NCBI GenBank assembly: GCA_040755855.1
Contig: JBFMAD010000001.1
Location: forward strand, 1-64,000
Reading direction: 5' to 3'
From: Planctomycetota bacterium
GTDB taxonomy: Bacteria > Planctomycetota > Brocadiia > JAADGH01
DNA: 64,000 nucleotides
Made by a program: the position numbers and the translations under genes. How positions within the stretch are numbered: the stretch's first letter is position 1; the number at the start of each line of letters is the position of its first letter. Below, piece after piece: positions 28,830 through 38,181 of this stretch. The notes beneath the pieces are model-generated. The model ran no database searches, had not been told where the DNA came from, and saw nothing but the letters and a program-made list of their open reading frames with translations.

Positions 28830-29633
28830 ATGACAAACATCTACCTCGAACTCACAAGAGAATTCAACGCCGGCCGGTTGAGAGCCATCATCAGCAGCGG
28901 CCAGGCTGTTGTGCTACACCGCCTTGCGGTGATGAGCAAGGACGGCGACTGGATTCTGCGTGAGGATAAGTCCGCGCTGGCGCACATTCTCTCTGTGCTT
29001 GCGCAACATGGGGCGCGCTACCGTTTTGGCGCGCCTCTGGATGTTCGCTGGATGCGCGGCGGGTGGAGCGCGCACTTCGAGTTTCGCGGGGATCGGCTGC
29101 GCGTCCGCACGGACTTCGTGACTCGCCCGCCTCGCGTCTCCGAGAAGGAATTGGCCGATCTCTGGATCGCTCAGGAAGGTTGTGATCCTCCTCTTGTAGA
29201 TGCGCGACTGCTGGCGGAGATCAAGAAGACGAATCGAGAGAAGGACTACGCTATCATAGGCGAGCTGGCGCGAACCATGCTTGAGATGCGGGACCGGATT
29301 CTCTACTCCCGAAGCGCGCGCGATCTGATCGCGCTTGCCCAGGCTCATCCGGACCTCGTTTCCGAGCTGGCGGCGAAGCGCCCCCTCTTGGAGAAGGTCT
29401 CCCAGGGCCGAGACGCACTGGAGGAGGCGCTGGATGCGGAGCGGCGTCAGTTGATGCGCGCCAATGAGGCGCGATTGCAGCGATACCAGCAGGCCGCCGA
29501 AACGTGGGCCGGCATGTGGCCGGACATCGACCGAGAGACCAGGAACCAATCGCTTCCCGAAGCCCATCGCATTATCACGGCTCGTGCCGAAGAAGCGCTG
29601 CCCTTCGAGGTCAAGGGAGCTCAGACATGGTAA
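28830..29633 (+). CDS. Pol-beta-superfamily nucleotidyltransferase-like protein
   Basis: SSGQAVVLHRLAVMSKDGDW resembles GGxA...TxDxD, and KKTNREKDY resembles K...RxKD. Upstream TTGACG-16-TACAAT. Confidence 0.6.
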   Translation: MTNIYLELTREFNAGRLRAIISSGQAVVLHRLAVMSKDGDWILREDKSALAHILSVLAQHGARYRFGAPLDVRWMRGGWSAHFEFRGDRLRVRTDFVTRPPRVSEKELADLWIAQEGCDPPLVDARLLAEIKKTNREKDYAIIGELARTMLEMRDRILYSRSARDLIALAQAHPDLVSELAAKRPLLEKVSQGRDALEEALDAERRQLMRANEARLQRYQQAAETWAGMWPDIDRETRNQSLPEAHRIITARAEEALPFEVKGAQTW

Positions 29634-29824
29634 ACATGCGCGACGAATTCCTCAGCGAAGAGGATCTCGACCTTCGGAACATGACCGACGAGGAACTCAT
29701 CGCCTATTGGAACTTCTGGCTGGAACAGGCCCAGGCGACGAACGATCAGGACGCCGCCCTCTACTCCCATGGCGTCTTCACCGTGGAGGTTGGCCGCAAG
29801 ACAACTGAGGGAAAAGATGACTGA
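29627..29824 (+). CDS. Small acidic hypothetical protein, probable partner of the nucleotidyltransferase
   Basis: MVNMRDEFLSEEDLDLRNMTDEELIAYWNFWLEQAQATND; GGGAG RBS; overlaps both neighbours. Confidence 0.6.
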   Translation: MVNMRDEFLSEEDLDLRNMTDEELIAYWNFWLEQAQATNDQDAALYSHGVFTVEVGRKTTEGKDD

Positions 29825-30602
29825 CAAAGAAATGAACGTCATGGATCAGTTCCGCCTCGACGGCCGCGCGGCCCTGGTCACGGGCGGGTCGAAGGGGCTG
29901 GGGAAGTCCATGGCCCTGGGGCTGGCCCAGGCGGGGGCGGGCGTGGCCCTCTGCTCGCGCCACGGCGAGGAGGCGCAGGCCGCCGCCGAGGAGATCGCGT
30001 CGGCGACCGGGCGGAGGTGCATCGGCCTCGCGGCGGACGTGACGAAGGAGGACGATGTCAGATCACTTTTCGCAAAGGTGATAAACGAGTTCGGGCGGCT
30101 GGACGTCCTCATCAACAGCGCGGGGATGAATATCCGCCATCCCATTGAGGAGTTCCCGCTGGAGGAGTTCGAGCAGATCATGGACGTGAACGTGAAGGGC
30201 GTTTGGCTCTGCTGCCGGGAGGCGGCGCGGATCATGAAGGAGCGGAAGCGCGGGGCGATCGTCAACGTCGGCTCGTGCCTGAGCGCCATCGGCCTGGCGG
30301 AACGGACGGCCTACTGCTCGTCGAAGGCGGCGATCCTCGGCCTGACGCGGACGCTGGCCCTGGAGCTGGCCCCGTATGGGGCGCGGTGCAACGCCCTCTG
30401 CCCCGGCCCGTTCCTGACGGAGATCAACACGGCCCTGCTCAATCAACCCGAGAAGGTGAAGGCGCTCCTGGACCTGACGGCCTTGAAGCGATGGGCGGAG
30501 TTGCCCGAGATTCGCGGCGCGGCCCTCTTCCTGGCCAGCGACGCCTCCAGCTTCATGACCGGCGCGGCGCTCTACCTCGACGGGGGCTGGACGGCGCAGT
30601 GA
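29817..30602 (+). CDS. SDR-family oxidoreductase (gluconate 5-dehydrogenase-like)
   Basis: TGGSKGLG, LINSAG, YCSSK, PGPFLT and DGGWTA. Confidence 0.92.
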   Translation: MTDKEMNVMDQFRLDGRAALVTGGSKGLGKSMALGLAQAGAGVALCSRHGEEAQAAAEEIASATGRRCIGLAADVTKEDDVRSLFAKVINEFGRLDVLINSAGMNIRHPIEEFPLEEFEQIMDVNVKGVWLCCREAARIMKERKRGAIVNVGSCLSAIGLAERTAYCSSKAAILGLTRTLALELAPYGARCNALCPGPFLTEINTALLNQPEKVKALLDLTALKRWAELPEIRGAALFLASDASSFMTGAALYLDGGWTAQ

Positions 30603-30638
30603 GGGATTGTTGCTGGCGTGCAACGCTTCTCTGGTCCC

Positions 30639-31241
30639 TCATGTGCCTGATTGTCGCTCGCACGATTCGAGGTATTCCGGTAGATTGGTGAGTCGTAACA
30701 TGCCGGCAGCAGAGGGATCAAGGGGCAAGGCGCAGACGTCAACATAATCGAGCTTCGTCGCCACGGCCATCTCGCCAAGACCCATTTCGAGGGCGATGCG
30801 GACCCCGAAGATAAAATTCACACGCCTGTCATCCGAATAGCCCGGAACAGCCACCCTTATCCCCACGGAGGCGGCGTTCTCAGCCGACTCTAAGGGGAGG
30901 AACCACATTTCAGCGGGATCAAATGTGATCCCATCATGTTCCCCCCTGAACCCAAAGCCCTGCGCCGGTTTCAAAGCGACAAATTTCCAGCCGGACAGAA
31001 TGGGCGCGGCAGACACCAAGCGTCGCACCGCACCAAAATACTTCGCATTGCCATCCGCCGTAATGATCAACTCGCATGACCCGTCCGGGTCCCGGCCCAA
31101 GAGGGCCCACAGTTGATCACAGTAGGCCTGCACGTGTTCCACAATCGCATCTACCGCGCCACTCACTTCGTCCCTGGAAAGGGTGCGAAAACGTTCTTCG
31201 TTGGCCTCAAACCAACGCCAAAAGGCTCTCTCACTCGACAC
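30639..31241 (-). CDS. Hypothetical protein (FWxWF family)
   Basis: 200-aa ORF with AGAAGGAAGG RBS; FWRWFEANE...ELIITADG...LVSAAP...WKFVALKP. Confidence 0.6.
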   Translation of the reverse strand: MSSERAFWRWFEANEERFRTLSRDEVSGAVDAIVEHVQAYCDQLWALLGRDPDGSCELIITADGNAKYFGAVRRLVSAAPILSGWKFVALKPAQGFGFRGEHDGITFDPAEMWFLPLESAENAASVGIRVAVPGYSDDRRVNFIFGVRIALEMGLGEMAVATKLDYVDVCALPLDPSAAGMLRLTNLPEYLESCERQSGT

Positions 31242-31372
31242 AAATCCTTCCTTCTGAAACCAAGGGGTCTTGCGGCCTCTCTATCGAACATCGCATGGAA
31301 CCACAAGCGTGTCCTGCCCTCTCTCTTAGAGGATAAATCCGCTTCCCGGCGAACCGGCCGCCCGTGGCCGCG

Positions 31373-32308
31373 TCACTGGACGCCCTTCTCCTTCGCCGAC
31401 CTCGACGCCTGCAACTCAGCGCGGAGGTCGCGGAGTTCCTGCAGAAGCTCCTCCAGCGCGCCCCCGTGCTGCGTCCGGGATTCGCCCTTCAGGGCGGAAT
31501 AAATCTTATCCGCGATGTCGATCTCCGCATCGGAGCCGCACAGGATGAGCGTCTTGGTCTGCTCATGGAACTTGACGCTCACGGCGATGACGTTCCCCGT
31601 GATCTTCCAGCCCGCATCAAAGGCCGCCATGACGTCGTTTGAGGACATCTTGCCGGGGAGAGCCGACAGATTGTAGGCGGCCACCTCGCGGTAGATGCCT
31701 CCGTCATCCAGGGACAGGCGCCACTGGTGGGGACAAGGGGGTTCGCCCTGCTCAATCGCGACGTCCGGAATGATGCCCTCGAAGAGGAGATACACGCCGA
31801 TCTCCTCTCCGATCTCGGGAAGGATCGTGTCGGCGAGGTCGGTCATGCTGACGGCCTGGGCCTTGATCGCCGGAAACTGAAGGACCACCTTGGTCGGACA
31901 CTTGGTGCGGATGCTGAGCGGTTCCTCCGGCAGGAACGGGTGCAGGTCGGCGGGCGTCTTCGCGTAGGCGTTCAGAAGCCGCTCCCGGAGGTGCTGCAGG
32001 AACGCCTCGGCCGTCCCGCCGGCGAAGTCCACGTCAAAGGGCAGGGCGGGCAGATAGTCTGTCGTGAACTCCTCACGAAGCTCCGCCGGCGTCTGGTCCG
32101 GCGTGAGGGGATAGGCGAACCCCTGTTTCACCTCGCCGTATGAATCGAGCATCTGGACGCGCCACACGAGCTGGTCATTCTCGCGCGTCGCCTGGGCCTT
32201 GACATATGACTGGGCATCCGCTTTCTCCTGCGCGGCCACAGGCGCGCCCGTCACGCCCCAGAGCAGAAACACCCCAACCACGATCATTCCAAGTCTCGCC
32301 TTCCTCAT
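31373..32308 (-). CDS. Secreted hypothetical protein with a C-terminal secretin-N/NolW-like segment and coiled coil
   Basis: AAAGGAG RBS; signal peptide; VKFHEQTKTLILCGSDAEIDIADKIYSAL. Confidence 0.55.
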   Translation of the reverse strand: MRKARLGMIVVGVFLLWGVTGAPVAAQEKADAQSYVKAQATRENDQLVWRVQMLDSYGEVKQGFAYPLTPDQTPAELREEFTTDYLPALPFDVDFAGGTAEAFLQHLRERLLNAYAKTPADLHPFLPEEPLSIRTKCPTKVVLQFPAIKAQAVSMTDLADTILPEIGEEIGVYLLFEGIIPDVAIEQGEPPCPHQWRLSLDDGGIYREVAAYNLSALPGKMSSNDVMAAFDAGWKITGNVIAVSVKFHEQTKTLILCGSDAEIDIADKIYSALKGESRTQHGGALEELLQELRDLRAELQASRSAKEKGVQ

Positions 32309-32407
32309 CGGTATCTCCTTTCCCTCCAAAATCCATGCGAATTCATCTGAGTTTGTCTGTGGTTCCAATCCGCATTCCGCAATCCGAAATCCGCAATCAC
32401 CGCCCCG

Positions 32408-33217
32408 TCACCTGTCACCTATCCCCTGCATCCTCACGCACTCCCCCTGCCTGGGGACGCGGACGCTCAAATCGGAGTATTTCACATTCGCGTATTTTGT
32501 GAAGGCATCCGGGTCGCCGGGGTTGCCGGCGAACATGTCCCAGTGGCCGGGGATCACCATGCGCGGCATGAGCGCCCCCGCTAAGTCCACGGCCTCCTGA
32601 TACGTCATGTTCCCGATGCACCCGCGCCCCAGGCGCTCGGCGTCGCGCCCGTTGATGGGGAGGCAGAGCAGGTCGAACCGCCACGCCCTCAGCTTGCCCT
32701 CCAGCCCCTCGTACTTGCACGAGTCGCCGGAGTGGTAGAACGTGAACCCGCCGACCTCGAAGACGAACCCGAGGTAGGGATGCCGCCCCGTGTCCGGGTC
32801 CACGTCGAGGAACTCGTGGGCCGACGCGACGCCCGTGATCCGCGCCCCGTCGATCTCGACCGACGCCCCGTCGTCTAAGCCGACGAAGCGGTCTATGGGA
32901 ATGTCCATCTCCTCGGCGAGATGCTTGCGGAGCAGGTCCGGCACGACGAACTTCGCCCCCGGCGACGCCTTGGCCAGCGCGGGCCAGGCGGGGCGGTCAA
33001 TATGGTCGCTGTGGTCGTGGCTGCCGGTGATGATCGTCGCGTTCGTCACGTCCTCCGGCTTGAAAAACGGCGCCACCTGCCGGCGCGGATTGGGGCTGAG
33101 GTAGGGGTCGAGGTAGATGACGTGATCCCCGGCCTTCACGATAAAACTCATCTGCCCCAGCCACCACACCGCCATCTCGCCGGGACCGACTTCACACTTG
33201 TTGATTTCCTGGATCAT
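32408..33217 (-). CDS. MBL-fold metallo-hydrolase (UlaG-like)
   Basis: WWLGQ, DPYLS, SHDHSDH, YHSGD, LPING and PGHWDMF. Confidence 0.88.
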   Translation of the reverse strand: MIQEINKCEVGPGEMAVWWLGQMSFIVKAGDHVIYLDPYLSPNPRRQVAPFFKPEDVTNATIITGSHDHSDHIDRPAWPALAKASPGAKFVVPDLLRKHLAEEMDIPIDRFVGLDDGASVEIDGARITGVASAHEFLDVDPDTGRHPYLGFVFEVGGFTFYHSGDSCKYEGLEGKLRAWRFDLLCLPINGRDAERLGRGCIGNMTYQEAVDLAGALMPRMVIPGHWDMFAGNPGDPDAFTKYANVKYSDLSVRVPRQGECVRMQGIGDR

Positions 33218-33435
33218 GGTTTGCCCTTCATCATCGCGTGGGTTGGTTTGTCTGACTCCTCAATTTTGTCCGATAGCGGGACAAGAATCAAGTCCCGGCT
33301 GCGAAAGGGAAACTTCGCCATCCCCCGCGGATAATCTCTGGCAACGGACAGCGGAATCGGGTAGGATAATGACCCGTCGCGGCGAGACACAACGGTTGCC
33401 GAAAGAATAGGGTTCCAGATAGGAAAGGACCTGAG

Positions 33436-36400
33436 ATGCGCACGCTACGAATCGCATGGCTTTGCCTGGTTCCCGTGTCGCTCACGTGGGGACTTGACGG
33501 GCCGATCACGACGCTCAAGCCGCTCCACCGCGAAACCCCCGTCGTCCTCGACGGCAAGGCCCAGGCGGTGATCCTCGTCCCCAACACGGACGTCGGACGG
33601 CAGGCCGGACGGATCATCGCCGAGCGAGTAAGGGCCGTCAGCAGCGTTGACCTGCCCGTCACAAGCGACCCCGCCCAGGCCGACCTGAAAACCTTGAACG
33701 TCATCGCCCTCGGCAACCTCCTTGACAATCCGGTGATTGAGCGTCTCTATTGGAACAGGTATTCGTTTGCGGACAAGCTCTATCCCGGTCCGGCGAAATT
33801 CACTCTCCGCAGCGTCTGCAATCCCTACCCCTATGCCTCCGGGAAGAACGCCTTTCTCGTCGAGGCGTCAGACGACGAGGGTATGCTGGCCGGGGCAGAG
33901 GAACTGGCCAGGCGAATCGCCGCGGGAAAGGACGTCGTCCTGCCCTGGACACTCTACCACAGCGCATACACCCCGCCCACGCCGGAAAAGCGCGCCGAGC
34001 TGCGCAAGGACTTAAAACTCTCCACGGAATTCCGCGGCTTCCACGCGGCCGTGCAGCGCTACCTCCGCACCCCCGACCCGACTCAACTCGACATGGCCAA
34101 ACTCGCTCTCGATGCGATGTGCCGGACCTACGAGGAGGACCCCAAGCACCATCTGACCTGGCCGGACGAGACGACCTCCGAATGGATCATGCCCTCATGG
34201 GACGCCGTCGAGGAATCGGACGAATTCTCCGACGCGGAGCGCCTGCGTTACACGAATCTCCTGCTTCTTCAGCTTCGCTCCCAACCGCAGCATATCTTTG
34301 AATACAAGAAGTTGGAGGAGGCGACCTCCATCACCTGGAACCACATCACGTTCCCGCTGATGGGCCTCTACTTCTCGGCGCGTTACTTCCGCGCATACTA
34401 TCCCGATGTGGACCGCGATGAGATCGCACTGTATTTCAAGAAGATCGAGACCTGCTTCAAAGGCCAGGAGACTTGCTGGAAGGCCCGCGAGGACTCGGCG
34501 GGTTATGTGGACATCACACCGCGTCACATGATGATGTGGTCCCTGGCCGAGAACCGCCGCACGTGGTTCGAGAAGGGCTTTCCCCTGCGCTTGGCCCAGC
34601 ACCTCATGGCCTGCGGCGACCCGATGGGCTATACGGCCGGCCACGGCGACCATCCAATCGCCCGATCTCCGTCCGACGAGCGGGAGGCCCTGCCGCTCTG
34701 CTTCTACCTCAGCCGCGACGCGCGTCTCCTCTGGCGGCTCAACCAACTCTACGACGGCGCATGGCCGAATCCCTACTGGCAGGACGTGGCGCCCACGCCG
34801 CCCACGGAGATGGTCGGCCTCTACATTGACCCGATGCACCCGGAATACTATCGCTGGTCGGACAATCTGAGCGTCTATGGCACGGCCGCCGCCCCGCACA
34901 ACGTGCCTCTCGAGAAGTCCTTCGACAAGCTGACCATGCGCAACGGCCTCACGCCCGAGTCGCAATACCTCGTTCTCGACGGCTTCGGACGCGGATTCCA
35001 TCTGCACTACGATACCAACATGATCATCAAATACACATACGCGAACGAGGTGCTCCTCATGGATCACGACTACCTCGTCCGCAACACCACCGAGCACAAC
35101 GGCCTGAGCGTGGTGCGCAACGGACGCGCCGAGGCGCTCATCCCCACGCTGGCCGCGTTGGAGGCGATGGCGAACCTGCCGGGATGCCTCATGGCGCGCA
35201 CCTCGGTTCGTGACTACAACGGCATTGACTGGCATCGCACAATCCTGATGGTCAAGGGCGGGCCGGTCGCCGTCCTTGATGAGGCCGCCGCCAAGCAGCC
35301 CGGCAACTACACCCTCTGGTGCGTCTGGAAAACGCTCGACGAGGACAAGGAGGAGATCACGGACTCGCAGACCTACCGACTCTTCCGCCCCGGCTGCGAG
35401 CGCCTTCAGAACCCCTATTTTACCTTTGCGAAATTGCCGGAGGCGCGCGGCGGCGAGGCGCTCGTCTTCGACAAGAAACAGGCGGCGCGGTCCTTCGAGG
35501 TCAACCTGCCCCGCGGAACATACAGCATGACGCTGCGCGCGTACGCCACCACGGGCGGGAACGACTCGCTCTGGGTGAAACTCGACGACCAGGAGAAGGC
35601 CCTCGCCTTTCACGTCCCCAAGGACGCCTTCGGGGAGGCGAAGGGGACGTGGGACCTGACGGAACCCGCGCCGAAAATTGACGTGCCCAAGAACGGGACG
35701 CATCGCTTTCACCTCTCCCTGCGCGAAGGTCCGGGTCTGGTCCTCGACACAATCCAGATCGCCGACGCGGCGGGCAAGATGATCTTCGACCAGCGCGCCC
35801 TGGACATTGTCGCGCCGAAGGGCGAACGAGTCCGCATCCCGGACCACCGTTTCTACGTCGTCAACACCGGCGGCTCGGCGCTTCAACTCTCCCCTTGGGT
35901 CAACGCCAATCGCGAGGCGGTAAAGCGGCTGCGACAGATTGCCAACGTAAAGCTCGACCCGGCGCAGAGTTATGTCTATCAGAATCTCCTGGCGAGTACC
36001 TTCGACAAGCCGGACGCCCCGCAGGTCAAACGCCTAAGCGATCGCGCATTCGCGGCGAGAATAGGCGAGGAAGACTTCCTATTCGGCATCGGTGACCCGG
36101 AGAAACCGGAGGCATACGGCCCGCTGAGTGTCGTGGCGCGTGCGTTTGTCTTGTCCAAGGACAAACTGTGGCTGATGGATGGACGCGAGGTCAACTTTGG
36201 CGGAAAGTCCATCTTCCGATCCGACCAGCCGGAGGACAAGGAGATCGAGTGGAAGGAGGCGCCGGCGGCGGAAATCGTCGGCGCGTTTGCGCCGGCTCCG
36301 TCCCTCTCAGCGGCCGGGCCCGCGCCGGACGCGGGGCAGGTGCGCGAGGCGTGGTACTTCAAACCCGATGTCGAACTCTACCGCGAAGGCCCGGAGTTCC

Positions 36401-37455
36401 TGGAGACCGCCGACCTGAACGGCGATGGGCGCGACGAGATTTTTTACGGGGTGGGTAATACAATGATTGTGCTCGACGCGGCAGGCAAGGAACTGTGGCG
36501 CTTCGCCGCCACGGATCGCGTCCGCTCGTGTGCCGTGGCCGACCTCAACAAGGACGGGAAGCCGGAGGTCCTTGTCGGCTCGAACGACGAGCACGTTCAC
36601 GTCCTCGATGCAACTGGCGCGGAGATTCGCTCGTGGAAGTGCGCGGTTGAACTCATCTCCGGCCAGGGGCATGGGCGTTACCCCTACGTCCAGGCGCTGG
36701 CCGTCAGCGATATCAACGGCGATGGGAACGTCGAGGTCTTGGCGGGCACGTGCAACTGCTGGCTGATTGCCTACACCACTGACGGCAACGAACTATGGAA
36801 GGACAGCGGCCAATACCACGGCGTGCGCCGGATCATCGTCGCCGACATCAACAATGACCAAAAACCGGAAATCCTCTCGGCCAATCGCTACGGGGGGATT
36901 CGCATCTATGACGGCGCAGGCAAGCGCGTCTGGGGGACGACCTCCGAGCTGGGCGACGTGAGCATGGCCCTGGGGCGGACCAAACCCGGCCCCCTGCCGA
37001 CCGTGGTGAACGGTTCCTCCACCGGCGTCCTGACGGCCAAGCGTCATGGAGAGAAGGACAACGACTTTACGTTCAACAACTACGGCTTTGGCGTGAACGA
37101 AGTCGTGTGCGCCGATGTGAACCGAGATGGGCTCGATGAGGCGCTGGTCGCATCGGAAACGGGGTATGTTTACTGCCTCAATGGGCGGGGCGAGGAGGTC
37201 TGGCGGGCGGCGATGGGGTCCGTCGTGCGCGATGTGGCGGCGGGCGATATGGACGGCGACGGCGGGCCGGAGGTCCTTTGCGGGATCGAGGACGGCTCGA
37301 CGCATGTCCTGTCAGGCGGCGGGGCGTCGAGGGGGGGCGTGTCGGGGGATTCCCCCGTGGCGCGTGTGGCGACCTGCCGAAAGGGGGATGGGATCATGGG
37401 CCTGGCGGCCGGGCGCAACGGGGTCCTGAAGACCATTGTATTTACAGGAAAATAG
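33436..37455 (+). CDS. Secreted heparinase II/III-like polysaccharide lyase with CBM-like insert and FG-GAP beta-propeller
   Basis: Signal peptide; WNH, EDSAGY, FHLHYDTNMI and TEHNGL; C-terminal DLNGDG/DINGDG/DVNRDG/DMDGDG repeats. Confidence 0.6.
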   Translation: MRTLRIAWLCLVPVSLTWGLDGPITTLKPLHRETPVVLDGKAQAVILVPNTDVGRQAGRIIAERVRAVSSVDLPVTSDPAQADLKTLNVIALGNLLDNPVIERLYWNRYSFADKLYPGPAKFTLRSVCNPYPYASGKNAFLVEASDDEGMLAGAEELARRIAAGKDVVLPWTLYHSAYTPPTPEKRAELRKDLKLSTEFRGFHAAVQRYLRTPDPTQLDMAKLALDAMCRTYEEDPKHHLTWPDETTSEWIMPSWDAVEESDEFSDAERLRYTNLLLLQLRSQPQHIFEYKKLEEATSITWNHITFPLMGLYFSARYFRAYYPDVDRDEIALYFKKIETCFKGQETCWKAREDSAGYVDITPRHMMMWSLAENRRTWFEKGFPLRLAQHLMACGDPMGYTAGHGDHPIARSPSDEREALPLCFYLSRDARLLWRLNQLYDGAWPNPYWQDVAPTPPTEMVGLYIDPMHPEYYRWSDNLSVYGTAAAPHNVPLEKSFDKLTMRNGLTPESQYLVLDGFGRGFHLHYDTNMIIKYTYANEVLLMDHDYLVRNTTEHNGLSVVRNGRAEALIPTLAALEAMANLPGCLMARTSVRDYNGIDWHRTILMVKGGPVAVLDEAAAKQPGNYTLWCVWKTLDEDKEEITDSQTYRLFRPGCERLQNPYFTFAKLPEARGGEALVFDKKQAARSFEVNLPRGTYSMTLRAYATTGGNDSLWVKLDDQEKALAFHVPKDAFGEAKGTWDLTEPAPKIDVPKNGTHRFHLSLREGPGLVLDTIQIADAAGKMIFDQRALDIVAPKGERVRIPDHRFYVVNTGGSALQLSPWVNANREAVKRLRQIANVKLDPAQSYVYQNLLASTFDKPDAPQVKRLSDRAFAARIGEEDFLFGIGDPEKPEAYGPLSVVARAFVLSKDKLWLMDGREVNFGGKSIFRSDQPEDKEIEWKEAPAAEIVGAFAPAPSLSAAGPAPDAGQVREAWYFKPDVELYREGPEFLETADLNGDGRDEIFYGVGNTMIVLDAAGKELWRFAATDRVRSCAVADLNKDGKPEVLVGSNDEHVHVLDATGAEIRSWKCAVELISGQGHGRYPYVQALAVSDINGDGNVEVLAGTCNCWLIAYTTDGNELWKDSGQYHGVRRIIVADINNDQKPEILSANRYGGIRIYDGAGKRVWGTTSELGDVSMALGRTKPGPLPTVVNGSSTGVLTAKRHGEKDNDFTFNNYGFGVNEVVCADVNRDGLDEALVASETGYVYCLNGRGEEVWRAAMGSVVRDVAAGDMDGDGGPEVLCGIEDGSTHVLSGGGASRGGVSGDSPVARVATCRKGDGIMGLAAGRNGVLKTIVFTGK

Positions 37456-37464
37456 GGAGTATCC

Positions 37465-38157
37465 ATGTCTGACGAACCGACAGAACCCAAGGCGCCATCG
37501 GGTCGCTTCGGGGCGAGTATCCGAACCCGATTGCTCTCGGGGATCGTGGTCATTGTCCCCCTGGGCATCACCGTGCTCATCCTGCGATTCCTCTTCCTGG
37601 TGACGGCGGGGTACTTGACGCCGGTCATTCAGCATGCCTTCGGGCCGCTGCCGGCGTTCTATGTGGCGGCGATCTCGGTGGTCGTGCTGCTGGCGCTGCT
37701 GTATCTGGTGGGGTTTGTGGCGACGCATATGGTGGGGAGGCGGTTGATCGGCCTGGGAGAGGCGATCCTGCTGCGCATCCCGCTTGTCAAGATCATCTAT
37801 TCCGCCGCCAAACAGGCCATCGAGGTGCTCGCCACCCCGAGCGGCGCGGCCTTCAAGGCCGTTGTGATGGTGGAGTTCCCCCGGCCGGGATTGAAGGCCA
37901 TGGGATTCATCACAGGCGCGATCACGTTCCCCGACGGACGGCGGCTCTACAAGGTCTTCATCCCCACCACACCCAACCCCACCACCGGCTTTCTGCAGTT
38001 CATCCCGCCGGACGAGGTGATGGAGACGACCATGTCGGTGGAGGAGGGCATCAAGATGCTCGTCTCCGGCGGGATTCTCTCGCCGGATCGGCTGACCCAG
38101 CGCCCGACGGTCCCCGCTCGCCCCGCGCCCATCCGTGAGGATCTCGCCGCAAAATAA
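37465..38157 (+). CDS. DUF502 membrane protein
   Basis: RIPLVKIIYSAAKQ, VEFPR, VFIPTTPNPTTGFL and MSVEEGIKMLVSGG. Confidence 0.9.
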   Translation: MSDEPTEPKAPSGRFGASIRTRLLSGIVVIVPLGITVLILRFLFLVTAGYLTPVIQHAFGPLPAFYVAAISVVVLLALLYLVGFVATHMVGRRLIGLGEAILLRIPLVKIIYSAAKQAIEVLATPSGAAFKAVVMVEFPRPGLKAMGFITGAITFPDGRRLYKVFIPTTPNPTTGFLQFIPPDEVMETTMSVEEGIKMLVSGGILSPDRLTQRPTVPARPAPIREDLAAK

Positions 38158-38181
38158 ATTCAAACGCAAGGAGACACGGCG

